Positions 1 to 12,866 of a stretch of DNA of 64,000 nucleotides are shown in pieces. Position 1 is the first letter of the stretch. Every line of letters starts with the position of its first letter. Location: NCBI GenBank assembly GCA_030390025.1, contig CM059433.1, positions 18,354,001 to 18,418,000 on the forward strand. The letters are read 5' to 3'. The DNA is from Squalus acanthias. Taxonomy: Eukaryota. A program made the position numbers and the translations under genes. The notes below the pieces were generated by a model. It saw only the letters and a program-made list of their open reading frames with translations, did not search any database and was not told the origin of the DNA.

Positions 1-340
1 CAACACAAACAAGGCATCTCTACTGCTGTAGTTCCATGTTCCACCCGCAGAATTAATCTCGCATTTAGTGAAGTTAAAAAAAAGCTGCAAAAAGTTCCCT
101 GAGGAAAGAGAAGAAATGACATTCCTCCATGTTTTCAGCTTCAAACTTAACCCTTTAGGAAATATATATATTTTTTTAGCAGCCTCAATATTTGAGAACA
201 AGGTGAGAGAAGTTCTGTTTTTCCAGGGGTCTAAGAGGTGACTGAGTGCTGCACATGCAGAGGCACCAATATGCAGCACCATGGACACCCTGCCCCACCA
301 ATATTCGTCACTGATTTTTATTTGCGCGCTTTTTTTTCAG

Positions 341-453
341 ATCACAGGTTTGGGTGCCTGGAAGAAGAAGAACAGAATCTCTTTATTGATGTGGACTGCA
401 AACATCCGGAGCCAGTAATGACACCGATGCCTGAGGGTTTGACACAGCAGCAG
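341..453 (+). CDS. ARHGEF10: ARHGEF10 exon (pre-DH linker; (D)HRFGCLEEEEQNLFIDVDCKHPEPVMTPMPEGLTQQQ)
   Basis: ttttcag acceptor, CAG|gtgcgt donor, 113 nt, phase 1 to 0. Confidence 0.93.
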
Positions 454-804
454 GTGCGTGTTTGTAATCTTGGGCGATTTTCCGGTACGAACTCTTAAAG
501 TGCCAACAGGCCAAAAACAGCAGCATATAAGAATTGCGTCGTTTCTTCACCTTGAGGTATCTGGTGCCCAAACTCCATGGGAACATTCTGTGATCTACTG
601 AATAAATTAATATACTAAATAGCACCTGTAGAATAAAGCAGGTTTTCTTGCTATGTAATCCTACTTTATGTTAAAGCACAAAATGTACATGCACAGTGGA
701 GCCAGTTGAAAGCCATTCTGATTGTATCTAACTCAAAAAAAAAAAAATATCTGACAAAACTAGAAGGCACAGTCAGGAAAAGGAGAAAAATTGGAAGAGA
801 CAGT

Positions 805-1225
805 AAAGAAAGAAAGACTTGCATTTATATAGTGCCTTTGATGACCACCGGACGTTCCAAAGCACTTAACAGGCAATGAAGTACTTTTTGAAGTGTAGTC
901 ACTGTTGTAAGGTGGGAAACACAGCAGCCAATTTGCGTTCAGCAAGCTCCCACAAGCAACAATGTGATAATGACTAGGTAATCCATTTTAGTGATGTTGA
1001 TTGAGGGATAAATATTGGCCAGGACACTGGGGATAACTCCCCTGTTCCTCTTCAAAATAGTGCTATGGGATCTTTTACATCCACCTGAGAGAGCAGACGG
1101 AGCCTCGGTTTAACGTCTCATCCGAAAGACGGCACCTCCGACAGTGCAGCGCTCCCTCAGTGCTGCACTGGAGTGTCAGTGTAGATTTTTGTGCTCATGT
1201 TTCTGGAGTGGGACCTGAACTCTCA
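805..1225 (-). mobile_element. Deu-domain SINE (SacSINE1/AmnSINE1-like)
   Basis: Contains cctcggtttaacgtctcatccgaaagacggcacctccgacagtgcagc, the reverse complement of the Deu core, plus the aagacttgcatttatatag tail; three more copies in the window. Confidence 0.8.
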
Positions 1226-1827
1226 GGTATTTTTATTTAGGTTAAACATTTAAAAAAAATATATATATTTTTTTTTAAAATCCCTTTATTGCTTTGAAGA
1301 GGATTCAAACTCGGGTAGCCTTGGGTGTTGCATTTAAATTCAACTAAGTAAGCAGTGCTGCAGTGACTCGTTAACTACAAATGAAGAACGAGAAGGATCA
1401 TACCTATGTCGGCTAATTTAACATTCTCTGTTTTAAGAATCACCTTTTGAAATTGAAATCATGTGTTGTTGGTGAACTACGGATCAACACTGGAAATCAT
1501 TTCAAATCAGGTTCTAAAACTCTGCTTGAAATTTCTGGACTTGCATGCCAATTGCAATCTCACAAATGATCCAGTCCTTGCTTCAGAACCCCACAACTTT
1601 CATTTTTCCCCAAACATTAGTGTTTTCCGAATGTTGCTGCATCCAGAATGTAATCTTGTTGAATGGTGAATTTAACCTTTCAACTGTAATTATTATGGGA
1701 ATTGAATTTGTCATACAAAAGTTTTAGGTTGCAATATTTAATCCAGTCTACAATTAATGGCATTTTTTTAAATGGTCTTTTTAGTAAATTCTATCTAACT
1801 TAAGAGTGACATTTATTTTTGCAATAG

Positions 1828-1905
1828 GTTGTCAGACGATATATTCTTGGTTCAGTTGTTGAAAGTGAGAAGAATTATATGGATGCATTAAAGCGAATTC
1901 TAGAG
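1828..1905 (+). CDS. ARHGEF10: ARHGEF10 exon (DH start; VVRRYILGSVVESEKNYMDALKRILE)
   Basis: caatag acceptor, GAG|gtaagg donor, 78 nt, DH CR1 motif (ESEKNY). Confidence 0.96.
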
Positions 1906-2665
1906 GTAAGGTAGAGCTCAAAGTAAACTAAGCTTCCCCAGTTGGATTTTGGATCGGTATAACAACCAGAAGTTTGTGCTTTTATTTAAAAAAAAAAGCT
2001 ATTTTTAAACCTTAGGAGCATCTTAACCATTCAAGATTTATTTTTACAATAATTTTTTCCTACCAAAGTAAATCTTACAAAATGGTGACCTGGGAATGAT
2101 TACAAGGTGGTCATCTCATTGAAAAGTTCACAGGATATCATAAATTGTGAGAGTAAGCATGAGTCATTTACAAAGGCCTCCAAACACCAAGATGATAACT
2201 GTTTAGAAATTACTCCCATGTGTGTCTAGTTTTGAAAAAATGTAGATTGTAAGTGGTCTGGGAGTGGATTATCTCAGTTTGCGTCTTTTTTTTGTTCATG
2301 GTGCTTGTCATGACAAACGTGGATCAGTGTTTCATGCAGGACAGAAGGAATTAATGATGGATGTCTCCACTGGCAGTTTATTAAGTGGTAAACGATAGTT
2401 AATTTCTTGGAAATAACAGCCATTGTGTTCTATATAATTCTAAGACTTTTATATGTTTAAAATGTGGAACAGTCTCTACCCCTTCCCCTTCCCCTTCCCC
2501 TCATCTATTCTGAGTTCTGGAACAAAAAGAAGCTTGAATAGTTTAACCATTAAATGCACCACATGATGTGTGGCACTGAGCTATACTGGCCAAGAAAGTT
2601 CCAGGTTGCAAACTACGTTTGGACGAAGTGTTTACAGTTTGATTTTGATTTTTCTCTCTCCGCAG

Positions 2666-2845
2666 CAATACGAGAAACCTCTTTCAGAAATGGATCCAAA
2701 ACTATTAAGCGAGAGGAAACTAAAAATGGTGTTTTACCGAATAAAGGAGATTCTTCAGTGCCATTCCTTGTTCCAGATTGCCTTAGCTAGTCGCGTGACT
2801 GAGTGGGACTCCGTTGAAATGATTGGAGATGTCTTTGTAGCCTCA
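2666..2845 (+). CDS. ARHGEF10: ARHGEF10 exon ([14 protein letters not shown]...[10 protein letters not shown])
   Basis: ctccgcag acceptor, TCA|gtaagt donor, 180 nt. Confidence 0.96.
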
Positions 2846-2959
2846 GTAAGTCTTTGAATGAAAATCCAGCGTGGTTGTTAATGCAGAGGATTACAGTGGA
2901 GAGGAATCTTGTCTCTTGGAACCAGGTTGTGATTTTGCTGCATCAAAGGATGCTGGGAG

Positions 2960-3275
2960 AATCACAGAATCCCCACAGTGCAGATAGAGGCCATTTCGGC
3001 CCATCGAGCCTGCACCGACACATCTCCCACCCTATCCCCGTAACCCCACGTATTTAATCCCCCCTAACACTAAGGGTCAATTTATCATAGCCAAATCAAC
3101 CTAACCCGCACATCTTTGGACTGTGGGAGGAAACCGGAGCACCCGGAGAAAACCCACGCAGACACGGGGAGAATGTGCAAACTCCACACAGACAGTCAAC
3201 CGAGGCCGGATTCGAACCCGGGTCCCTGGCGCTGTGAGGCAACAGTGCTAACCACTATGCCACCGTGCTGCCACC
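2960..3275 (-). mobile_element. tRNA-derived V-SINE (HE1-like)
   Basis: tRNA A/B-box-like head and V domain (gtggagtttgcacattctccccgtgtctgcgtgggttt on the - strand); near-identical copies at 25364 and 39704. Confidence 0.85.
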
Positions 3276-3289
3276 GAGCGTTTGCTCAG

Positions 3290-3770
3290 AAAGGATATTC
3301 AGTTATTGGAAGGAGATACAGAGAAAGGGCTACACAGTTGATCCCAGAACTTAAGGGAATGACTGAGGAAAGATTGACTAGCCTGGGCCTTTTTTCTCTT
3401 GAAAGAGAAAACTGGGAGGGGATAAGATAGAAGTGTTTAAAATTATGAAAGATTTGGACAAATTAGATCCAAGTACTCTTTTCTGCTGTGTACAGAATTT
3501 AAGTCCATGGGGTTATATTTACAAATTAAGGTCAGTAAAAGAAAATAGGAAATGCAGCAGAAACTTTTTTTTGCAGAAGGTTGCTGAGTATGTGGAACAG
3601 ATTACCGACATGAGGTGGAACTAGAAGCCTTAATGGGTTTTCAGAAGGAACTAGACAGGTTCTTGTCAATAAATGGAATTCAGGGTTATTAGAAATGTAT
3701 CAGTAGAATACTGTGGATAGGTGGACTACACGGACCAGAGGTCTTCACCTGCCTGAAACTGTTACTACAC
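3290..3770 (+). mobile_element. Old CR1 LINE 3' fragment
   Basis: RATQLIPELKGM..EERLTSLGLFSLE.., the CR1 ORF2 C-terminus. Confidence 0.7.
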
Positions 3771-4581
3771 TTCAAACAGCTTTAGTAGAATATAGTTAGT
3801 AATATTTCATTCACAATGGCATTCATTTTTGAGAGGGTTACATACTCAGTATAATTGTTTGTAAAATATATCTCGCAAGACTTATCCTCTTTTGAATCCA
3901 TCAGAAATACATTTTATTTTGGTCTGTTAAATTTTAAAAGCAGTGTTTTGATGAAATTAATACAAGATAGTATTTAGTAAAATGCGCACTCTTGCAACCA
4001 TGTTGACCGAAATAAATATGTGAATGGGCTAATGTAATGTTTCTTGTGTGATGTAGAGAGACCAGTAGGGGCACTGAACATAGACAGTGATGCATAAAGC
4101 AGGCCTGCAACACTGTGCTAAATATCAACGCTTTGTTTTCTGTTGGATGTTTGAGAAGTTGATCATTGTAGGATAGATCCTTAAATAAACAAAGGAGGAA
4201 ATTGAGAGGTACTGAAATGGGGAGGCCATGATGGGAGTATAATGGAGTGGAGCGGGAGAGAGATTGTAAAACAAGTGATTAAAAAAAGTTGGGTACAATG
4301 ACAAGAGAGGTTGGAAAGGAAAGTGATGAAGTGTTTTAGGGGTGATGCAGCAAAATCACAACCTGGTTCCAGCAGAGACAAGATTCCTCTCCATTGTAAT
4401 GTAGAAAATAAAACTGAACACATTTTCAAAATATCAATAAAACTTTCTGGAAGCATCTATAAGTGCCAGTTTCAGACCGTGAGTGATTCTTCCATTAACA
4501 GTGTCTCACCAACAGTAATTAAATTCAACCTGATCCAAAAAAAAAAACCCTAAATAAAAGTTGATCACTGAACACATTAAT

Positions 4582-5395
4582 GGCCTGTAATTTGCGGTCA
4601 GCGGCGAAGCAAAGGCCTTTGCCGCTGATCCCGAAGAAAGCTGCCCACAAAGATCTCGTGATCTCTGTGGTGGGAAGCTTGGCTTTTTCGACTTGCAGTT
4701 GAGATCAGTGTAAGATAATGGGGAATCACTAACGCGAGCTGCTGTGACGTCAACAAGCTGTCTAAGCAGCCAATCACAATGCAGAATTCTCACAGACCGG
4801 GGAAGAAGCTCCTTTTATTCTGACTTTTTAAAAATGTTATAGAGAGCAAAACAAAGACTGGGGCTCTCACATGGGGAAAAGGTAAACCTGAAATAAATAT
4901 GACCAAACTGTTTAAAAAAAATATATATATATATATATAATTTTTTTTAAAGTTTCTTAAAAATTGTAATTTTTTATTAAAATAGAGAAATTTGACACTC
5001 CACAAGATTAAAATTAGTTTTTCAGGACCGTAATGTTTGTTTAGCATACAATACACTGTTAAAACCCCAGTTACACCTAATCCAACAAGGTCTAACTTTT
5101 AATGGGGTATTTAACAGCGATATTATCGCGGAAAAGCCCAGATTTTCGTCAGTTTCACTGATTTCCCTGATTACACTGATTGTCGGCTGTGGGAGTGGGG
5201 CGGGGTTGGTGGTGGAGTGGTTGGAGGGCGTGCACAGCACAGCCAGTGTCGGAGCAGTGAATGACTGACCGCAGCGTCAGGATTTTCGCGTTGGGATGCG
5301 CAAGCGCGACATCCTGAAGTTGCGGTCAGTTTCAAAGGGGTAATAACAGCGAAGGCTGTTCGTCCGCTCTTGTTACCCACCGCAAATTCAGGACC
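4582..5395. mobile_element. Harbinger-type MITE
   Basis: TIRs ggcctgtaatttgcgg / ccgcaaattcaggacc, flanks aat/agt, GC-rich ends with AT-rich centre. Confidence 0.7.
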
Positions 5396-5953
5396 AGTAC
5401 GTTTTAATTTCTAGCCTGTGTGGATGATCTGGCTGGACCCATTATTTCAGGGAGATGGTTTCAAGTTCTGAGTTCCTACAGGTGCTGTTATTAGTGCTGA
5501 AATGCTACAATGGCATCATTCAGATTTGTGGCCTTTTGACCCTGTAGTTCAAACATCCGTGAAAAACAATTGCAGGATCTGTTTAGTCAGCAGAAAGGAA
5601 CGGACAGTTTGGCGCAATAGTTTAAAAGAAAGCTCACATCGTTCAGTGTTTGCTTATGCAGATGTCTGCAAAATTTCAACTTGAACTTTGCTCCTTTTTA
5701 AGTAGATTTTCCAAAATGAACGTATTGTTTGTGCTTGAAACTCAATCCTTTCATCTTCGTACCCCTGTCGGAAATTTTCTACAACCCAAATTCAGTTGAG
5801 TACGTGCAAGAACTGATTGATGAAGAAGGGTAATCCTCCTGGGCTGGAGGATAAACAAACCTGCCGTTCATGTCAGATTTGGAATTCAGAGTGATGGGTT
5901 ACTTCAAACTAATGTATTAGATTTTCAGAACCGTCATTTTGTTTCTGTTGCAG

Positions 5954-6070
5954 TTTTCTAAGTCAATGGTACTTGATGCATACAGTGAATATGTGAACAA
6001 TTTCAGCACTGCTATGGGAATTCTTAAGAAAGTGTGTGCCACCAAACCTTCCTTTCTGGAATTTTTGAAA
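5954..6070 (+). CDS. ARHGEF10: ARHGEF10 exon ([41 protein letters not shown])
   Basis: ttgcag acceptor, AAA|gtaagt donor, 117 nt. Confidence 0.96.
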
Positions 6071-6479
6071 GTAAGTAAAGTATTTGGTGGAAGTAAAATG
6101 TTGTTTTAATTGTAAAAACAAACCGTTTTTGGGTTGTTGCCGTACCAAACGGGAAGGTCTCGTGTTTGACAATCTAGCCAAGATGGCAGTGGAGCAGCTG
6201 CAGTGTGTCCCCAAGCTAGGGAAGCGAAAATGCGCATGAGGTCCCACTCCTGATTTCTGTCCTGAAGCCCCAGCTGGAAAGTGCATGTCGGTAAACATCG
6301 GATGAGGACCGGATTAGACTCACTTCTGATCCTGCCCCACCCACACCCCATGTTTTTGGGTAGCCTGCCCAGCACTTGCTGTCTTACTCATACATGCAGA
6401 ATGCCCACTTGGCCTGCTGTGATGCCTTACGAAGATGTACCCTGAAGAGAAAAAGAACAAAAACATGCACATATTACAC

Positions 6480-7110
6480 GTAAGGGCCGCGCAAGTTCCG
6501 GGTTTTCTTCGCAGATCCAACGTATCCCCGGGAAAAGGGCATCCGCGGGCAGAGAGTTGGGCTGTTTGCCCAACTACTGCCCAGCGAATGCCCGTGAAAC
6601 TCTTACGCCTGGTAAAAGCAGCGTAAGAGTTTAAATGAATATAAAAATAATTTTAAAAATATATAATTTACACATTAAAAACACCTGTAAAATAGTAAGA
6701 TTTTTCTTTTAAATTTCTTTTTCAAAATATTAAATTTTTGTTTTAAATGTTTAATTAAATGGTATTTTAATTAATTTTAAATAGGTAATTTTTAAAAATT
6801 GAATTGGTGTGTAATTGTGTTTTTTATGTGATCCCCATTCATGCTTATGGGGATTTCCGCACGAAAACGGAATCCCCATAAGCATGAATGGGGAACCCCT
6901 TCTTATATTGGTTGGGCCGGCCCACGTGGTCCCAGGGGCGCTTGTGAACCGCCTGCGCCTTTGGAATACGTGGGCCTTTACCCGGGTGTTCCCGGAGAGG
7001 CCCACGAGCGCGAGTCTCCATGGGTCCCGAGGCTCCAGGTTGGCGCGGATTGTAGTTGCGGATCGGAGGCATTTCCCCCGCGGGAAGCCTCCAACCGCAA
7101 ATTCAGGCCC
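6480..7110. mobile_element. Harbinger-type MITE, left end missing
   Basis: Right TIR ccgcaaattcaggccc followed by att; internal motif gcctggtaaaagcag shared with the 23636 copy. Confidence 0.65.
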
Positions 7111-7329
7111 ATTAAGATTCATTGGTTTCAATTTTATTGTACAACACTTCAAGAAAAGTATATTTAATCATGTGTTGTACAGGTTGTAATGTTTTTGATC
7201 AAAAAAGGCACTGCCTCTGCATTTTCTTCTCCTACACATTCCTTTTCAAAAGTATATTGTACACTTCTGAATCAAAGCTGGTACCCTGGAGGTGAGCAGA
7301 GATGACCTCTGTACTAACTTCAGACACTT

Positions 7330-7678
7330 CTTTTCTTAATCATTCTCAGGATGTGGGCATTGCTGGCAAAGCTGGCATTTATTGCTTGTCCCAGTTGCCC
7401 TTGAGAAGGTATTGTTGATGGCATGCTAGACCACTTCAGAGGGCAGTCAACTATTGACTCTGACTGGAGTTGCATATAGGCCATTAGTGAACCAATTGGG
7501 TTGTTGTGACAATCCGACATCTTCGTGGTCACTTTTACTGATTTTATTACCAGATTTTTATAACTGAATCCAAATTTGGCAAGCTGCCATGGTGGGATTT
7601 GAACCCGTGTTCTCTGGATTATTAGTTAAGGCCTCTGGATTACTAGTCCAGTAACATAACCACTCTGCTACTGTACCA
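7330..7678 (-). mobile_element. tRNA-derived SINE (second family) sharing its 3' tail with the LINE at 36470-38070
   Basis: Head gtggttatgttactggactagtaatccagaggc...gggttcaaatcccacc on the - strand; second copy at 35492-35869. Confidence 0.7.
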
Positions 7679-9728
7679 TAGTTTTTAACCTGTTACTTAT
7701 GTAAACAATTGGTACAGTTACTACTATCGCTATCAGTTGCAGTCCATATCTATTTGGGAGATTATATGTATAATATATTTTTCACCTAGCAGATGTTTGT
7801 TGTACTTCCAGATGTCACACTTTGTTACAGGCCAAAAAATATTTTTTTTGAAGAAAAGCCTAGTAATTTCATGTTGTGTTCTTTGACTTGAAGCCATAAA
7901 TTAAAAAGCAGTTAGAATTGCCCTCTGATCCCAGCAGTTTACAACCAGCTACAATTACCTAGGATTGCCTCGAGGGCGTACTGAGTGGTGGCCTGAAAAG
8001 TGGTGGCAAACGCCACAGCCATGCTCCAGGCCCTAGATTATTCACAGGTGAATTATGCAAGGTGTGAAATGTTTGGGAATGAATGAGTTGCAGATCAACG
8101 GGAATTAGAAGATTGGTATCACGTGACATCATCTGGAATCCAAACACCAAGTATTGCGAAACCAAAAATGAGTTCTGATACAGTTGCAATGGAGAAAACT
8201 GTTTGGAGAAGCAAAAACAAGAGGGAAAAAAAGTTGCAAGAGAGGACTTCTACTGTAGGTGCTGATTTCCATGGCTGTGGAATCACTGAGCACCGCTGAC
8301 GACAGTTCAGTCAGTTAACCTGTAAACTGTCAATTTAGTCCATTATCTAATTTGAGGGTTAGGTTATGTAGGTTGCTTACACTTGTAAATTCACCGTTTG
8401 CACATCTGTTCAAAATTTGGCAAACTTAATTTTTTTTTTTAAATATTCAACCTTTTTCATCCATTTATTTTCTCTTAGGTCAGCACTGTTTGTTGGTTGA
8501 GAGGGTGGGTGGGCTGTCTGCTCCCAGGTGTTGCTCTACCAGGCACAGGAGCAGCTGAAGTGCCTTCCGCACCTCATTCCCTGCACCAACTAGTTGTTGT
8601 TTGCTTTGCACCTTTCTCTTGTGGGTTAGATACGACATTGGGCTTGCTTGGGGGGACCATAGGCGCAAGTCCAGCCCCTAACACTCCATACTACAGTCCG
8701 TTGGTCAACTAACAATATTGGTTTAAAAAGTATGGTCCTATCAGATGGACCTCTGGAATTCCATTTGCGCGCAGTCTTTACCTGTGATAGCTCGACAAAA
8801 GCACCAGTTAAGGTTGCCCTCAGGATGTATTGGGGTAAAATTGCATCGTCGCCGCCCGAGTGGTAATCTGGCCGGTTGGATGGCCCATCCGTTACAAGGC
8901 CCACTGCACAGCTGGGTCCCTGGGGTCACAGCAGGGCCATGTGAGGCTGTGATGGAGAGAGCGCACAATCCTTAACATTTTCTCTTCGCATCTAAAGATC
9001 CAGCGCTACTTGCAAAAGTTGCCATTGGCGTTCAGCCGTGCGTTCGGAACAGATCCCTGCGCACTTAACTCTCGAGCCTCCCAGCACCAACGTCAGAAAA
9101 TTCTTCGGTTTCCTCTTAACTGCAGCCCTATTGGTTTCATCTCGGTGCGGTGGTGGCAGGAGGACTCCCTCCTCCCCCCTCCTCCCCCAAAATGCAGTCG
9201 GTGTGGATTGAGACATTGTGGCAGAGAACCCAGTTCCAGAAACACTCTTACTCCTTGAAAAGGAATGAGGAGAATTCCTTTAAAATCTTACCCCTGTTCC
9301 TGGTGCATTGCCAGGATTGGTCAGTACTCTCTGCACACCTCGCGCACCAAGCCTCTGGTGTGCCTTTCACCCCACCCGATTACTATAATCCCTAAAGCTT
9401 GGTTGACCCACCAGGCATTGGTGCATTGGGCGAACGTAACAATATATCTTAATAATGCTGCCACGCCTTGGAATTAGTCTCCAGGGTCATCCGGAGCCCA
9501 AACCGCCCTGTAAAGGATTCCCGTTGCCACAATGTACCATGTTTACACTGCCACGCACACTTCTTTACAAAAGCATCATGTCAATGTATTGTAACCAAAG
9601 AGGAATGACAGTAATTTTTTAATGCAGTTGAAAGGTTTTATTTTAAAAATACTTTAGTTAAACTTATGTGACCAAATGATCCATATGGTATCTGCTTGCT
9701 GTACTAAATATGTATTCTTCCTCGCCAG

Positions 9729-9821
9729 CACTGCCATGAGTCGAGCTCTGATCGTATTACATTGTATGGGTTAATGATGAAGCCAATTCAGCGTTTTCCA
9801 CAGTTTATTCTTTTGCTGCAG
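9729..9821 (+). CDS. ARHGEF10: ARHGEF10 exon ([33 protein letters not shown])
   Basis: cgccag acceptor, CAG|gtaaac donor, 93 nt, DH CR3 motif KPIQR. Confidence 0.96.
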
Positions 9822-10181
9822 GTAAACACATTCATCTTGATGAATGCAAGTATAGAGTCACTTTTTGTCTAATAAGATACAGCATTTTGACATCATTTGT
9901 TTTCTGTTATTGTCTTGGGAAAATGATGCATGAGTACTTTCCTTTCTCCACAACAAATGATAAGCATCCATAGATGTTGCAATACCGACATTTAATTGAT
10001 ACAGATTCTTGGTGCGTCACTTGGAGCTGGAGGAGATGTTCAGTTCAGTTCAGCATTTTATTTATAATTGATGAAAGGACCAGACATTCCATAAATCTAT
10101 TCGCTTATGATTGAAATATTAGAGATAATTCCTGAATCTCAGACCAGTCACACCAAAAAGCAAGTTAAACAAATAGACTAG

Positions 10182-10905
10182 GGGGGTGAAATTGGGTGCC
10201 TTTGCGCCTCCAGTTAGCACCCCCGGGGGGCGCAAATGGCTTTGCGACCGGGCGCGGCGCTGACATCGACTCTCGCCATATTCGGCAGGGGTTTTGCAGC
10301 GGCGCTACTGCGTTGTGCCCCGATCTCCTTCGCCCGGAGATCGTGACATCATCTCCGTGCGCATCACCCCGGTAGCGCTCCGGACCCGAAATTGACCTCC
10401 GCCCCCTGCAGCAGCGCCAGTCAAAAACGCCAACAGCTGCAGGAGGCGTGCATCAGGCGGCCAGCTGCTTCGGGGACAATGATTAAAGGCGAGGTGGCCG
10501 AGGTAAGTAAAAAGACACTTAGCGTGTTCTGCTTTTTCCCGTGGGTTTCTGCCCGCGATTGATCAGCCCGGCGCTCTGCTCAAGTGTCAGGCTGATCGTG
10601 TGGGATCGCGGCTGCCTTGGGGGTCCAGGTAGGTACTTTTTATATTGCAGAGCCTGCAGCGATGGCCCTTCCCTTTAAGGGCGGGAAGGAGCCTTTGAAC
10701 ATGGCGGCGCTGCTGAAGTCTCCGCCCCGCCTGCTGCTGATTGCGCTCCAGGAAGGAAGTGGAGCGCTTGATTTAGCTCTCCACCTTCCTTCTTGGAGCG
10801 CAAAAACAAATTTTTTAATAGTTTGGAAACATTAGCGCCTGGCACTAATTTTCCAAACTTTTAAGATTTAGCGCCCCAAACAGGGCTATAATAAATTTCT
10901 CCCCC
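10182..10905. mobile_element. Harbinger-type MITE (GC-rich subfamily)
   Basis: TIRs gggggtgaaatt / aatttctccccc; related copy at 46941-47680. Confidence 0.7.
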
Positions 10906-10914
10906 TCGGTCTTC

Positions 10915-11280
10915 CAATGGGTTAGAAATTGGCTTTTTACATCAGAGACCTGAGTTCAAACATAGCCCAAACTATTGAAATGAAAATCTTTGTATTCCCT
11001 ATGAATTGAGTTTGGAGAGTCTTAATCCAGTTCCAAGTGGTTATAGGTCAACAGCATAATTCAACCCCTAATTCATCCAAAAGTCACAATATGGCTGTTA
11101 AAAATTAAAATATTGCTGGTGTATTTGTGGGTGATCTTCTGAAACTGGAACGGAGCCATATTGTAAGGGGAGCATGATTGAATAGTGATTTACCTTATCT
11201 GTGTTGCATCATGCCTGACATGCAAAAGTGTTCCATCCCCCAGCACTGACATCACTCACCTTGATGAGCATGACCGAAAA
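10915..11280 (+). mobile_element. Old tRNA-derived SINE, LF-SINE-like
   Basis: gagttcaaac B-box-like motif followed by ccctatgaattgagtttggagagtcttaatccagttccaagtgg, resembling the recalled LF-SINE body. Confidence 0.4.
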
Positions 11281-11531
11281 ATACTTTGTTTTTGTTTACT
11301 TTCTTCAATATGCTCGTGATCTTTTACAGTCACTTAAAATAAGGTGATAATTATTTAATTTGTTTCTGGATTGCTTTTCAATTAAAAAAAAATGATACTT
11401 GTTTGTTGATTCCCATCAGCATTACCAAAATCTGAATGTGTAAATCATCCGACAAAAGCTTAATTTGGGGTGATGTTAAATCTCTTTCTCCAATTTATAA
11501 TGAGAAAATGTATGTCTACTGATTTTCTTAG

Positions 11532-11702
11532 GACATGCTGAAGAACACTCCAAAGGGACATCCTGATAGACTACCTCTCCAGATGGCTCTCACTGAGCTT
11601 GAAACACTAGCAGAGAAACTAAATGAGCAGAAACGGGAGGCAGATCAGCGCTGTGAGATGAAGCAGATTGCAAAAGCAATGAATGAACGTTACTTGAACA
11701 AG
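11532..11702 (+). CDS. ARHGEF10: ARHGEF10 exon (DH end; [17 protein letters not shown]...NERYLNK)
   Basis: ttcttag acceptor, AAG|gtagaa donor, 171 nt. Confidence 0.96.
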
Positions 11703-11954
11703 GTAGAATTTTGCTGCTGCAGTTTTTGAAAATGATACTTGCACCGGGATGAATCGTTCAACCTGTAAAGTTTAGAGACCATTTTTAGATGAGGCATATA
11801 CAGAAAATGTAGCAAACTAATTTGGGGTTTTAACAGTCTCGCTGGCTGACCGGGACCAGTAATGATGCAGTTCCAACGTTTCCCAGTAGATGTCAGATGA
11901 TGCACAGACGCAGAGTAATGTTTAAGGACTTGTAGACTTTACATTAGGTAGGCT

Positions 11955-12461
11955 GGGGTTGATTTACAACTGGGCGTAAAACTGGCATTGCAGATTGGCC
12001 ACCCATTGCAGAAACTGCCCAATGGAAATAAATATTGGGCGGTTTCTATAATGGGGGGAAGGGGGGGAGGCAGGGCTGATGCACACCTGGGTGGCGAGTT
12101 GAAAATCATCATCTTCTTTGGCAGTCCCTCGGAATCGAGGATGACTTGCTTCCACACTAAAAATGAGTTCTCAGGTGACTGATGAGTCCAATGCGGGACC
12201 TACAGTCTCTGTCACAGGTGGGGCAGACGGTGGTTGAAGGGGCGGGTGGGTGGGGTGCTTGGGTTGACGTGCGCTCCTTGCGCTTGGCTTCCGCTTGCTC
12301 CCGGCGAAGAGACTCGAGGTGTTCGGCGCCTTCCCGGATGCTTCTCCTCCACTTTGTGCGGTCTTGGGCCAGGGATTCCCAGGTGTCGGTGGGGATGTTA
12401 CACTTTTTCAAGGAGGCTTTGAGGTGTCCTTGAAGTCAACTCCGAGTTGAAAATCTAACCC
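11955..12461. mobile_element. Small MITE interrupted by the RTE at 12108
   Basis: ggggttgatttacaact / agttgaaaatctaaccc imperfect termini. Confidence 0.55.
12108..12435 (-). mobile_element. RTE-clade LINE 3' fragment with 13-bp TSD
   Basis: C-terminal peptide TVCPTCDRDCRSRIGLISHLRTH and microsatellite tail; TSD cgagttgaaaatc at 12095-12107 and 12443-12455. Confidence 0.9.
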
Positions 12462-12866
12462 GTTGTCTGCATAGATTCCGCTTGTTAGTTCATTATACTC
12501 AGCTGACAACACAGTGCAGGAAACAACGTGGACTTAACTAACTATGATTAACTCACTGATTACTGCCAGTCTTACTGTGGATTGAAGTGTAAACTAAATA
12601 GTAAGATTTATTATTGGTGAACTGGAGTGAAGGCCAACAAGAATGACCAATTTCAGAAGATGCAGCAAATACAATAAATTTGAAGAAATTGGTACAAAGT
12701 ATGTGGATCTATATTTTTATTGATTGAGAATCCAAGGTCCATGGTGCAAGATGCCACCAAGGTTGAATAGAGTATCAGAGGAGAGAGCAGTGAATAGGCA
12801 ACACCAAACTTGGTCTTTAGCAACCAGTAGATTGTAGGAGGAAGGGAAGACTGATGGGTCTAAGGG

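Noticed and set aside
8626..8904. Hepadnavirus polymerase-like motif (DGPSNRPDY)
   Set aside because: Only about 4 residues match the recalled NPADGPSR motif and the upstream context does not fit.
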